DNA of 64,000 nucleotides, taken from Podospora anserina. Its lineage: Eukaryota. The notes beneath the pieces were generated by a model. That model was given only the letters and a program-made list of their open reading frames with translations. It was not told the origin of the DNA and searched no databases. The stretch spans positions 7,316,001 through 7,380,000 of the forward strand of contig CM030332.1 of assembly GCA_017654855.1 (NCBI GenBank), in the 5' to 3' direction. Positions 1 through 12,322 of the stretch are shown piece after piece; position 1 is the stretch's first letter; each line of letters starts with the position of its first letter. The translations under genes and the position numbers were made by a program.

Positions 1-74
1 TCGCCCAATGCCGTATAAAAATGCTCAGAAACATGTTCGTACTCCGTATCTCGTATTCCGTCGATGCATTTTTT

Positions 75-2007
75 CTAGCTTTGCCTGTCAAAGATTTTGC
101 CCGGATTCATAATCCAATTTGGGTCCAACGCCATCTTGATAGCCCTCTGTTGGCAAGTCAGCTTACACATCCATTGAAGCATTACAAAATTAAAAAAAAT
201 TAAAAAAAAATAATAAAAAAATAAAAATAGAAAAAAATAGAAAAAAAACTCACCATCACCCCCAATGTATCCTCTCCCACCTCCCAAAGCAAGCTCTCCT
301 TCTTGCCCCACCCGATCGAATGCTCTCCCGTACACGTTCCCTCCATCTCCAACGCCCTCTTCACCATATTCTTCACACACGCCTCCACCTTCTTCACCTC
401 AGCCTTGTCCCGCCGATTATAAATAATGCTCTCGTGGAAATTCCCATCCCCAATGTGGCCCAATATACTCGCAAACAATCCCAACTCATCCATCTCCTTC
501 TTGCTCACCTCAATGATATCCGCCAACCGGCTAAATGGCACCGCCACATCCGTGCTCCAGACCTCCTCCCCTTCCTTTCTGAGAGCCAACATACTCCACA
601 GACTCTCCTTCCTCGCTGACCAAAGCAACTTCTGCTCTCTGGCATCCTTCGCAAACTCAAAATTGCTCCCCTTATTCGCCTTTGTGATCTTCTGTACCAG
701 ACCAATATTCTCCCTCACTCCTGCCTTTGTCCCAGAAAACTTGAAAAACAGCGTCGGCATCTCCTTCCACACCCTCGGCGCGGTGGCACCACCCATATTG
801 ACCACTTTCATCTGCACCTCGTCCATGATCTCCATTGCCGCGACAGGAATGCCCGTTTGCATGACCTCTGCCGCCGCGGAAGCAGCGTCACGAATGGAAG
901 GGAAAGTCACGACCGCTACCGAAAACTCCTCCGGGATGACAGCGAGCTTAAGCGTGGCTTCTGTGACAAGACCCAATGTGCCCTCCGAGCCAACAAACAG
1001 ACCGTTGAGGTTGTACCCAGCAGAAGACTTGCGCGGACGACGCCGCGTTTTGATCACTGTTCCGTCTGCAAGAACAACAGTCAAGTTGATGACCCAGTCT
1101 TTCATCGTGCCGTACTTCACCGCATTGGTGCCTGAGCAGTTGGTGCCAATCATGCCGCCTATTTTGGCGCTTGGCCCTAGATGGCTGTCAATATCTTTCA
1201 CATTCAGAAGCAGTGTTGTTTTTGAAGGGGGGGGGGAAATAACTCACCAGGATCAATAGGAAAGAAGAGCCCGCTCTCCATCTTGGCCAGCTGCTCGTTC
1301 AAATCCTGCCAGCCAATGCTCGGCTGCACCACCACGTCCATGTCGTTCTTGTTGAACTGGACGATCCTGTCCATGTAGGCAAAGTCGACGCTGATGCCCC
1401 CGAAAGGTGCCGAGAAGTTGCCCTCGAGACTGGAACCGCCAGAATACGGAATGATTGGGACACGATACTTGTGACAAATGCGAGCGATAGTGGATACCTG
1501 CTCTGTAGAGCGCGGGTAGGCCACCGCGACTGGGAGCCCCTCAGGGTTGGAAGTCGACCATTCCGAGTACCCGTGAGCGTGGAGGTCGTCGGGGTCAGTG
1601 GATATGATGTCTTCCGCGCCGCCGATTTCTTGTCGGATTTCTCTTAGGGCCTTATCCTTGGTCAGACGCATGACGTGTGAGCTGGATGATTATCAAGAAC
1701 GTACCTGCTCCATCTCATGCATGCTCGCATACCTAGGATAGGCGTACAAGCTATCAAACAGCATGGTCTTGGGAAGACTCCCATGCCGGAACTCAGACAT
1801 GCCCCATCCAAACAACCCGGCAGTCGCCGCAACGGCCATGACACCCGAGTACGACCATACTGAAGCTTGCCTAGGCTGTTCACTGCTGCCGGAGGTGGAA
1901 GTGCGACGAATGGCACTTGTGCTGAAGCGTTGTTTGCCTGTGCTGTTCAAGCAAGTGAGAGAGCGGCCAAAGGGCTTGGCTGCCCTCGCAAGACGGGTTG
2001 CCGACAT
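75..2007 (-). CDS. DLD1: Mitochondrial FAD-linked D-lactate dehydrogenase (cytochrome), ~566 aa, 4 exons (2007-1705, 1650-1248, 1176-254, 146-75)
   Basis: Arg/Ser-rich presequence. FAD-binding motifs PYSGGSSLEG and DPGPSAKIGGMIGTNCSGTNA. GHIGDGNFH, TGEHSIG and the C-terminal LDPNWIMNPGK are typical of the VAO/D-LDH family. Three GT-AG introns restore one continuous frame (1701 nt). Confidence 0.92.
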
Positions 2008-3256
2008 GCAGATGTCGCCTTTGAGATTTCGAGGCCCCGTTGTGACCCCTATAGACGCAAAGTGGGTGCCTTTCCGCCAGATTCGCTTCTTTTGGGACGC
2101 TTTTTATGTCCGGGCCGAATAGGTGCCCTTTGAAAAGAGCCTCAACCGAGAGGGTTACCCTTTTGGTGATCACCGAAGGGGCGGGGGTTGGGTTGCCTGA
2201 GTGTGCCAATCAGCCTCAATTCCTTACTGCACACAAAAGAAACAGAGAAGTAGGTTTGACAATACCTACCGCTTCCCTGATGCGGGTGGTGATGAGGTGA
2301 CTCTTGAGTGTAGCGACGACTAAAGCCGCATACCATCTGCCACCTTGACAGCAAACTCCACAATGGAGCCTCGTAACGAATCTCGGTGAGGGCGTGATAG
2401 GCCAGAGGTGACCGAGGCAAAAAAAAAAAGAAAAAGGGGGAGACTGGAAGGTTATGACGACAAGGTACAGAAGAAGGTGGCATATGACGAGACCATAGTG
2501 GGCGTCTCTCGAACCAGTGACCTCGGCGAGAAAGATGCGGTGGGTGATATTGGAAAGCAAAGCTGTTGGGTAGGTATCGCCTCTTAATAAGAACGAGTTG
2601 CCGCGTCCAGATTTGGATTAAGATGCAGGATCAGGGTGGAGTAACACTTCTCTCCAATCAAGACGAACATGTTTGAGCTAGACCAGGTCCAGTAAAGAAG
2701 GGGGCTTGTAGTGTGGAAGGGTGGTGGTGGACACTTGACGGTCACTTGGATGGGAGGTATGTAAGAGGTACTACTACTGAGTACGCCTCCCGGTATGTGT
2801 GCACATACATGCCAAAAGACCAAAAGGACGGCAGCGGATCGAGTCACCACAGGCGGTGGGCAGGACCGGTGAGATGGGCGGGGACAACCGCAGGAGCCGG
2901 TCCGGCATGGTCAGATACACGGGGCTTTCAGAGGGAAACAGCCGTAGGTGCATGGGGGGAGTGCAAAGTGCAAATTACCGAAGGAATATGATGGAGAAGA
3001 GAGGTAAGCCAAGGTGCCAGTGGTGGGTGGTGGAAGATGGTTGGATCAAGAGGCTCTCGGACCTGGCACCCAGCTGACTCTCATGCTGGGCAACACTGAA
3101 CAGGCGGACCGAGTCTGGGCTCGCTCCTGGTTGATCCCATCCAAAAGCAAAACGCAACAGCCCGGAGAGCTTCTGCTGTTGTGGTAGCACACATCCCGCT
3201 GACAGCTCCCACCCTCGTTTCCTTACTCCGTCACCCGTCCGTGGGGCGGTCGGCCG

Positions 3257-3287
3257 GCGCGCGCGCGCGTGTGTGTGTGTGTGTGTG
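3257..3287. repeat. Compound (GC)n(GT)n microsatellite
   Basis: gcgcgcgcgcgcgtgtgtgtgtgtgtgtgtg read directly. Confidence 0.9.
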
Positions 3288-6200
3288 GTGCACGGCAGTG
3301 GGGTGGACTTCGAGGTGAGGTGGAGGGAAGAATGGGCACGAGGGAGAAACAGAGATGTGAGAGAAAAATTCTTGCGTTGCATCACTTCGAGATTGTTGTC
3401 AGCGGTGGTATTGGTGCTAGTAACGATACCGGAAGAAATACACCGTATCGTAACAGCCGCACCAATTGCAACCAGTTGACTCGCTGGTTTCCGCATGTTC
3501 TTGTTCAGTGTTCAGAAATAGCCCTCTCAGGAATGATCAATGCTGTCGACAACTTGTCGATACAGATAAATCCAGGACCCAAGAATAGACGAGGCGAGTG
3601 AAGTGGCCGGTAATGTTACGGTACGGCTTCTTAAAATGCATTTTCCGAGAACGGCAAGTGGGGAGGAGTGGTCTAACATCCAACGCCCCGCACCTCTCTG
3701 GCTGCTTCTTCAACAAACTACCACTGGGGGAAGCGGGATGCCGGTGACAGAAAAGATGGCGATGTGACAAGCAATATGTAGAGGGTAGAGGTTGCTGCAT
3801 GTGGCCCGAGCAAGTCACACCGTGCATCAGATGGACTTCACCGTGCGAAGAAATCTGATACATGTCGTCAGGGTCAATGCCAATCCGATATATTGCAACC
3901 CTCCTGAGAAGGTGGTGGTCGTGGATTGGGGGCATGATTGTTCTCCAATCTCCAATTGTCGCGGGATCCGCCTCCCATGATATCTTGACCTATGCTGGAT
4001 TTGGTCACTTGGTTTCTCCGGTTCGGGCCTGGGCGTCGGAAGCAGACGTTGAGAATCTGGACATGGTCGATATCCTCTGCGCGCTGGTGTTCAGTGATTG
4101 GTCGGTGTATCTGATAGAGATTTGAAAGATGCCGCGAAAGGCGACAGCCCTCCCGATCATCGAGGATAGAGATCAAGGCCAGGCAAAGCACCCATGACCC
4201 GTCACACAGTGCAATTGTTTGCGCCCTGTTCGCGATTACAGCTACACCCGGGCGGGCTATAAACGCAGCTAGGTAGCGGATAGAGCACGGCATATCGGGA
4301 TTCATCTTCCTCAAGCTCTGGTTCTGTGAAATATTGGGCCGTCAGCATGAACATAAATTGCCGAGAGGGTCAGGAGGACAACCCTGACGTTGAATCGGGT
4401 GTCTTGGTCTGAATGGCGCACACACAACGCCCGTAACACCCTCCATCATCTCTGCCAGACCGCCAGCGCCCAGTGGCTCCGTGGGCGTGGGGAGTCCCCA
4501 GTTGGGAGGTGTGTCGACGGCACGGGAGAGCTTGTCGGGATGGAGTGGTACCTCCAGTACAGATACGGTAATCGGAAAGGTGTACTGAGGTATCCAGGTC
4601 AGTCATCGACCCTACCCAGCTGGACTCTACTCACCTCCTGGTCTGCACGAGCGGCTCGATGGCCAGCTCTAAATTCCGGGTAGCTGCAGTGGAACACTTG
4701 AGGAAGATCTGTCGAAGGTCTGTTGGGAGAAAAGGGCCCAATCTCGGCCTTCTGTCGTCCGATGCCAAGCCGCGCTGCTGGGTCCTTTCTTGCCCCGCTA
4801 TGAACGTTGTATTTAATACCGGCCGCACCTTGATGGCCAGGGGGGTGCCTTAATTGTCATCCAAATTTTGGAGACTGGGCCGGAAGCTCATCAGATCTCA
4901 CATCATGGTGAGGCCATTGTCTGGTATTTTCACTGTTGAATCTTACCACGAAGCGTCGCAACCCTCGGGTTTCCCACCAAGCAAGCCAACACATTTAGAG
5001 CAGGTGAATTTTTGCTCTCCCGAATCTTGATAGAACCCCAACTCCAGAGAGGGGCTGGTCGACATGCATGTAACCTGGCCCAAACCAACCGATCGTCTTT
5101 TTCACATCAATGAAACCCGCGGGAGCCGTCAACATCAGAGACATTTTCACATGTTGCACAAGACGGCTATAGGCAAGTCTCGTGCCCTCGTATTGCCTGC
5201 CGGGATTACTTTCAGAAGCCTCCTCCATGCTCGTTTCTCCTGCCGCTGATGGTGTGTTGCCATATGACGCATCTCAGCCTGAACAGACGACACGCAAGAC
5301 ATTGAAAGTGAATGGCAGGCCTGGGTTACTGCCATCCCGTCCTTTATCAACCACCCCCACGCCCGGCCGAAATCCCCTCATCAAGTTTTTGTCAACCCTC
5401 CTGTGGCCCTCAGCTCGACTACCAGCCATCTCGGCGCTGCAAGGCACAGAAGCTTGCATCTGGGAGGATTCTCTCGTTTTACAACCTGGCTTGGCCCTGC
5501 AACGTGACGGTGAGTGTCCCCCTCCTCTTGACAGAGTACAGTGTACGTACGCGGCTTCCTCGTGGAAGCCAATGAATGGGAGATGTGCACCGGTCCACGT
5601 GCCCACCGCTCGCATCGATCCAGCAAAGCTCGACACGAGACGCTCAAGAAGAGAGTACAGAGGGTGGGGTTCGGGGTTCACCACATGTGTGGGCATTTAC
5701 TATCAACGATCCCGGGTGCTGCGTCCAAAATCTCCCAGCCTCAAGCCGCGGAGAATCCGTCCCGACTGCAAAATCAAGGTCAGGAATGAGAAAGGAAACG
5801 AGCGGCGAAGCGGTTTCCGGCAAGCCCTGACCGACTATTCTGACTTTCGAGATGTGGTGGCGTCTGATCTTGTGAACATAATTGGTCCTCAGCTCCTCAA
5901 CGAAGCGCTGTCAAGAGCTGCGGTGGAACGTGGTGGCAGGTTAGGGTGAGGCGAGAATCGAAGACAAGATGTTGACCGTCAACCCCTGAATAGGTAGCTG
6001 TGAGTGCGAAGTTCGCCGCCCCGGGCCGCCAATGACACAGAACATAACAGTCCAACTCCACCACATTCTTGAGCCTTTCGATGTCACGCTGCCCGGTGGA
6101 CAGGCCTGGAAAAGAGGAATGATTCCCTGGTACTTTCTGTCATTTTTGTGGACTAGACGAAGAAATAATCCCAACGGAGGCAAACGAAGGACCCGGATCC

Positions 6201-8343
6201 TAGCCATCAGCCAGTCTTCGACCTCAACCAAGGAGAAGGGTCCCACGGAAGCCTCAACATGCAGGTGAAAATCTCACCTTGTCTCGTGACCTCGGTCTGA
6301 TGTGCAGGCATCGATGCTAAGCCCAAGATCGTCCGCATCTACACCCGGCTCGACGTTTTGTACGTGTGGGGGAGAGGGGGCCGTCCATGCAGCAGCAACA
6401 TAACGCAGGCTTAGCCTCCTGTACGGCCTTGAGTCGTTGGCTCGGCCTTTGCCCCTGGATGACACCGCCTGCTTGTTTGCTTTGCTCCCGGGGGGTAAGC
6501 TGTGGTTTTCTAGCTGCTTGATCATGTCTCTTATTGCTTACTCACGCACAAACAAAATCGACCGGTATAACGCTCGTCGAATCAGCAGGGCCGGTCTTAC
6601 CAAATTGTAATACTTGAGATCCGCACTAACAGGTTGCTCAACATATCTGGGGACTTGCGCAGGCGGACCTGTCAAAAGGCCCCAGGCTCTTTCCCCGCAA
6701 AATTGATGATGCTTTTTGCTGTATCACGGGGTACATCCTACGCATATCTTGGGGTACACTAGATGGGCAGTCGGTAACCTTTTGAAGCATGCAGACACAT
6801 ACATGACTTGTGGTAAACTTGGTAAAAAGACGGAAGGCTGTTTCGATTAACAGCGATTTTCAACATCCGAGGGGAATACCCCGAGAAATACACCGCATTC
6901 TCGTGGCTTCCGAGCCGGTGAGAAACGATGATCGGTAGAGGCTGAAAAGGGGGTGCTAAAGTGTTACACACTGGACCGTCCAGCACGTCTCGATTCCCAC
7001 TCTTAAATTTTTTTTTGAACTCTCTGGCCATATGTCTTTAGAATCTTTTGCCTTGTTCAAGTCCAGCAGCCTTTGACGACGTCCAAGTCCAAAACCCAGC
7101 AAGCAGGGTACTCACATACTCTCGGGTATCACCGGCCCTCCTCTTGCCTTTTCGCACCACCCCTCCCATCCTTCCAACTCCTATCTGCCGCCTCGATCGA
7201 ACCCCCAGGCATCACATCTCATATTTTGAGCATCATGATATCAAAAGTCACATCGGAGAATCTACAACCCCAACGGTCTCAACAAACTCGGCAACTTTTC
7301 CACCAGCTTTTAGAAAAAGAGTCTAGCCAGTTCCAGCTTCAACGTCTCATCCCAGACCTCACAGGTTTGATAGTTTCAAAGTGAAGCCCCTATTACCACT
7401 CTCGATGGTTCTAGTCGACAAGTAGCCCCCTCTCCAAAGTGTTGGAAAATGCCACGGGCAATAAATATACTCAGTCAACCTAGCAGTCAATTCCAAAAAG
7501 AAAGCCAAACCAACAACCCCCCCCTTTCCCAAGACCTTCCCCAAGGTTCATCAGACATCATCTCCCGGTGCTTACAAGAGTGCAAAATGTCAAGAAAACA
7601 CTTCAGGACAAACCTCCCTAATGAACAGCGTAACCAGAACCCCCCCAGCCTCCATAATATTCCCCCCCTCAAACGACCACCCCCATCACAAGCACCAATG
7701 ACCAGGAATCACAAACTTGCGGTAGGCAGACAAACTTGCATGCAAGAAGACGGATCCGGACTCGCTGCAACAGAGCGGGGGTGTTGCAGCTCTCTCTCCA
7801 TCAAGGTCCCCTACCCTACCTTCACCTTGCTAAACTCGCGTTTCGGTTTCCTGTATTGCTCCTAGAAAAGAAAAAAACCAAAAAAAAAAAAAAAAATCGT
7901 TCGATGTGGCTTGCTGGATGCAGGGGAAACAAGATGTGATGCCTCACCGCCATGACACCACAAGGACACCCACAAGGACACCCACACACAGAAAGATCTG
8001 GCCAAGGAAGATGATCCTCCCGCGGGGCAACCCACAGAACATCCACGGGGGTGGGAATGGGGGTCGACACCACCATTGTCTCGTCATCAAAGATAGGGAC
8101 ATGTGGCAATCACATACACAGTCACTCACTGGCAGCAGCAAAAATATCTCAGCGGGAGAGCAGTGCAGTTATTGGGGGCCGAATCCTGACCCGGGTGTGG
8201 TATCTAGTTAAGCCAGGAGGCTCAATGTGCTGTCATGAGCCTAACCTAAAGTGACATCCGCTAACGCCATCCTTTTTGATCCCAATTCCTGCTGCCCGTT
8301 TTCCCGTTGATTCATCAAGCACCAAACCCACTTCTCAGTGAAT

Positions 8344-9501
8344 TTAGTTGCCAAGGGCGCGCTTGCGGTCACGCTCCTCAGCAATGGTGAGCTTGACACC
8401 CTTGCCCTTGGGCAGGGAGATCCAGGGCTTGTCCTGGCCAATGACGAAAACGTTGGTCTCACGGGTGGCGAACGAGTTGTCAATAGCATCCTTGAGGTGG
8501 ACAATGTTGAAACCACCATCGTGACGTTCGCGGTGGGTGATGACACCAACACGACCCATGTTACGACCGCCGGTAACCATGGCGATGGCACCAGTGTCGA
8601 ACTTGATAAAGTCCTCGATCTTGCCAGTCTCAAGGTTGATCTTGACGGTGTCGTTGACCTTGATCAAGGGGTCGGGGTAGCGGATGCTGTCGAATATCGT
8701 CAGCTAAACTGGGGCAGAAATTCAACGTACCAACCGTATAGATCCAGTGCTTGTGTTGGGCCAATCGTGGGGCAGAGTTTCCCCCTCTTCATCGCCACAT
8801 CATAGTGGAAAGTCTCGAGAGAGAGAGAAATTGCCCGCACGATGTCAACCAAAGCTTGGTCCAACGGCTGATAGATGTCGGAAGAACTCACGTTCTCGCA
8901 TCATGCGTAACCAAGAATGGGACACCACCACGGCCGAGCTGAACACGCTTGACCTTGCCGAGCTTGTACTTGGACTCCTCGTCACCGATGCGGTGGACGG
9001 TGAAGCGACCCTTGGTGTCGTAGACGAGACGGAAGTTCTCGCCAGTCTTCTCGATGCTGATGACGTCCATGAAGCCGGCGGGGTAGGTCATGTCGGTGCG
9101 GACCTTGCCGTCAACCTTGACCAGGCGCTGCATGAGGATGGCGCGGGTCTCGCGGAAGTTGAGCGCATACTTGAGTCTGTTGCGGACGAAGACAATCAAG
9201 GGCATGCAGTCGCGGAGCTTGTGAGGACCAGCGGATGGGCGAGGGGCATAGACACCGGACAGCTTGTCCAGGAGCCAGTGGCTGGGGGCGCTAAGGCGCT
9301 TCTGGTGCTTCTTTCTGTTGCCAAAGAGTCAGCATCGCGAGATTTCACGACTTATTGAGTGCAGTCATCGGCGGAGCGTTGATAATCATGAACCGCCAAT
9401 TTCCAAGAACCCGACATCTTTCGACATTGTTTTCTTCGTAACTGGCGATTCGAATCTCAACAAAAGCTGGGGGTCAGGTAGACTTACGGTCCTCTACCCA
9501 T
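8344..9501 (-). CDS. RPS4: 40S ribosomal protein S4 (eS4), 259 aa, 3 exons (9501-9488, 9314-8892, 8686-8344)
   Basis: Spliced product [23 protein letters not shown]...RNRLKYAL...[11 protein letters not shown]...TIRYPDP...[13 protein letters not shown]. Donors GTAAGT/GTGAGT, GCTGAC branch sites, CAG acceptors. Confidence 0.98.
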
Positions 9502-9599
9502 TTTGGCGGCTGTTGTCGATGTGCTGGTCGAAGGAAAACGGAATCACAGATCGCGAAGTGGGAAGAAGCACCAAATCAATGAAAAATAATTTGTGGCTC

Positions 9600-9751
9600 G
9601 GAAACCCTAGCGAATTTGGTGGGGACAGGAAGCGGTGGAGTTTGGCAGAAAGGCTGGTCTGTGCTCGACGTTCACCTCAGCCCAAAAAGTGGGACCCGCT
9701 GTGGCAGCTCTTGCCTGTGCTCTGCCACAGATTGGCGGGTTAGGGTTTTCC
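9600..9751. promoter_or_regulatory. Putative RPS4 promoter elements: inverted pair of telomere-like motifs (GGAAACCCTAG at 9600-9610; GGGTTAGGGTTTTCC at 9737-9751)
   Basis: The motifs lie ~100 and ~240 bp upstream of the RPS4 ATG. TTAGGG-type sites occur in ribosomal protein promoters of some ascomycetes (Tbf1 regulon). Function here is inferred. Confidence 0.35.
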
Positions 9752-10260
9752 GCTGACCATCATTATCACCACCAGAGATGTCGGCAAAGAATCAGCACTA
9801 AGAACAGCGAACAACCCTCGATTTATGTTGCAGACCGAGGCACCCTGAACGTACTCAAAATTCAATTTCTTTTCCACTCACTACTCCCAGGCTTGATCCC
9901 ATCAGCAACGACAAGCTCAAGCAAGCAGACAGCTAGCAAAGACTGAACCAAGCCATGGGGATAGTGTAGCTACAAAATGCTAGAACAAACGTAGACAAAA
10001 AACGAGCCCTAGCCAACCTTTGACCAAAAAGGAAGAACAAATCGAGATGATGCTTTCCGTTCTGTCCAAAGGCAGCCCAGAGATTGCTCTCTTCTTCTAA
10101 ATCTGTAAGTTGTAGTAGTAAGCTGTGATGATATGTTTTGGTTATCTGCCCACAGCAGGATGGTGCCGCCATAAAGGGAACCATTGCGTATCCCCAGGAC
10201 AGATAGATGGTGATATCAAACATCAAACAACAAGCGAGAAACAGAAAGAGGCACGTAGCC

Positions 10261-10400
10261 AAGAAAACAAAAACAAAAAAAAACAAAAAAAAACAAAAAA
10301 AAAACAAAAAAAAAACAAAAAAAAAACAATAAAACAAAAAAACAAAAAAAAACAAACAAAAAAACAAACAAACCAAAAAAAAAACAAAAAAACACAGAAG
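10261..10400. repeat. Low-complexity A-tract array, A-runs punctuated by single C
   Basis: ~140 bp composed almost only of A with interspersed C. Confidence 0.9.
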
Positions 10401-10570
10401 TAAACAGAAACTTTCAGGTGTCTGGTAACGACAGGTATGTATATCCCAATCTATTTCAAGCACAGCAATCCCCCCAAACACCGGACGAAAGACTCCGAAA
10501 ATGAAAAAAATGTGATACACACGTGGTGAGAGTTCTGGTCCCACGGCTAGCAACCAACCTCGTACCCAGC

Positions 10571-12322
10571 TCATCTGTTCTGTGGTATGCGAGGATCCGC
10601 TGCTGGCGAGGCACTGCTAGACGTGCCATCAGGCCTCATCTGGTCGCCGACCGCCTGGGGGTCGTCCAGTAGCAGCCGCCCAATATTGATTCCCGATCCT
10701 CCGGTCTCGTTATTCATATCAAAAACACCGGTGAGACCGGGCAAAGAGTCTGTGGACTCGTAGTAGCTCGAGGCTGTTGTCCATCGCGCCATCTCTTCCT
10801 TAGACCCAGATCGGTTCAGCTGTGGCTCTAACGGATTTGTACTGGCAGAAGCTAGCGACTTCTCGATGGTTGTGTTGACTGATGGCTCCAGCAAGTTGTT
10901 TCTGCGGCTGGCATCTGCAATCTGGAGAGTGCCCTTTTCGATCTGGTTGTAGACATCTGGATACTTGTTTCTGACTCTGTCACGGAGATCGGTAGGCTGT
11001 CGACTGGAGAGGTTGTACTTTGGATCCCGCTGGATCTTGGTCCACGATGGCCCATATTGTTCGAGACCGTGAAGAATCTGCCTGTCATCCTCATCGGTGA
11101 ACGGCCGTCGTTCCCGACGGTGTGATTTCTTGAAAGGGCCGCAAATTCCAAGCTCGACCAGGTCCTCCATTTTTTTCCTGTGAGCCCTGCTCTTCCTTAC
11201 TTTGGGTGGCGGGTCCGAGTCTGGCTGTGCTGACGATGATTGCTGATCTGGTTCGGCAGCCACGACGCCTGGTCGTTCGCCACTCAAGATATCGTCGAGG
11301 TGTAGGCCATTCTTGGGTCTCGAAGTGTCACTTGGCGGATTTGGCTCAGACGTCGGGGTCGGGGCATTCCCATTCTTGGAGCGCTTTTTGACCAGCTGCC
11401 CTCGCAACTCATCAGGGCAGCATGTTCTGAATCGGTCTTTGAGATCTCCCGCGGACCGGCCGTTGAATTTGAACTCCGGATCCTCCAAGATATTTGTCCA
11501 CTTCCCGACGCCGTGCTTGCTCACGCCAAGCAGAAGATTATTCGTCTCTTCATCCGTCCACTTTTTCCTCGGTTTTGTCGCCCGCCTCTTCGCCCTCAGT
11601 TCAATACTCTTGTCTAGTTCCGAGAGAGTTTGCGGCTGCGGCTGCGATATCGGTTGGGGTAGCGGTTGAGCGCGGTGTTGCTGAAGGTGTAAAGGAAGAG
11701 ATCTTTCTTCAACGCCGCCGAAGAGGCCCATGTTTGACGGTTCGCCATGATGATAAGGGTTCGAAGTGATCGGTGGGAAGACAGCGGCATTTGGTGGGGG
11801 CTGATGGAGGCCGGCAATGATGGGAGGCACTACGCCCCGTTGAACAAGTTGTGCTGATTTCTGCTTTTTCAGGGGCTGGGGTAGTTGGACAAAGTCGTCC
11901 TTGGTTGTAAGTGCGCGATGCCTCTTCTTGTTAGAGCCATCATCCTGAGCCTCTTGAACATCGTCGACGATCCTGCGCAGTGAAAAGGGGGAAGGGGCAG
12001 CCGGCTCCGGTTCGCCAAGAAGGAGATGAAGGGGGCGGGCCAATGCCGTCAGTTGATTTGGATTGTCGAGAGAGGAAGGGTCTTCGGTCAACGAGCCGAT
12101 CCCTGGCAGTTGCGTGTTGTTGTTACTGACGGTCGAAATCGGCGGTATCTGGTTTGGACCATTTCGATCGCCTCGCTGGCTGACATCTGATTCGAGCGGG
12201 GGCAACGAGAGTGATTGCGACTGTTCGACCGAGCCATCCAGGGGCAGGCTTTGGATCGGAGGAAGATCGGGGGTTTGTGAGTTGTTGAGGAGGTGTATTA
12301 ACCTTGGCTCGATCGTGGCCAT
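10571..12322 (-). CDS. Double Myb/SANT (telobox-type) DNA-binding protein, Tay1/Teb1-like, ~583 aa
   Basis: Two Myb repeats: RKKWTDEETNNLLLGVSKHGVGKWTNIL...RSAGDLKDRFR and RRPFTDEDDRQILHGLEQYGPSWTKI...RQPTDLRDRVR. Start taken at MATIEPRLIHLL. Confidence 0.85.
   Translation of the reverse strand: MATIEPRLIHLLNNSQTPDLPPIQSLPLDGSVEQSQSLSLPPLESDVSQRGDRNGPNQIPPISTVSNNNTQLPGIGSLTEDPSSLDNPNQLTALARPLHLLLGEPEPAAPSPFSLRRIVDDVQEAQDDGSNKKRHRALTTKDDFVQLPQPLKKQKSAQLVQRGVVPPIIAGLHQPPPNAAVFPPITSNPYHHGEPSNMGLFGGVEERSLPLHLQQHRAQPLPQPISQPQPQTLSELDKSIELRAKRRATKPRKKWTDEETNNLLLGVSKHGVGKWTNILEDPEFKFNGRSAGDLKDRFRTCCPDELRGQLVKKRSKNGNAPTPTSEPNPPSDTSRPKNGLHLDDILSGERPGVVAAEPDQQSSSAQPDSDPPPKVRKSRAHRKKMEDLVELGICGPFKKSHRRERRPFTDEDDRQILHGLEQYGPSWTKIQRDPKYNLSSRQPTDLRDRVRNKYPDVYNQIEKGTLQIADASRRNNLLEPSVNTTIEKSLASASTNPLEPQLNRSGSKEEMARWTTASSYYESTDSLPGLTGVFDMNNETGGSGINIGRLLLDDPQAVGDQMRPDGTSSSASPAADPRIPQNR

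Noticed and set aside
4800-4860. Minus-strand HPLAIK resembling the NB-ARC GLPLAI motif
   Set aside because: No P-loop or Walker B nearby, and the match is too short.
8338-9358. Long antisense ORFs over RPS4
   Set aside because: A typical artefact of strong codon bias in highly expressed genes.
9933-10574. Phe-rich 213-aa ORF and Lys-rich 92-aa ORF
   Set aside because: These are translations of the A/C low-complexity tract, not genes.
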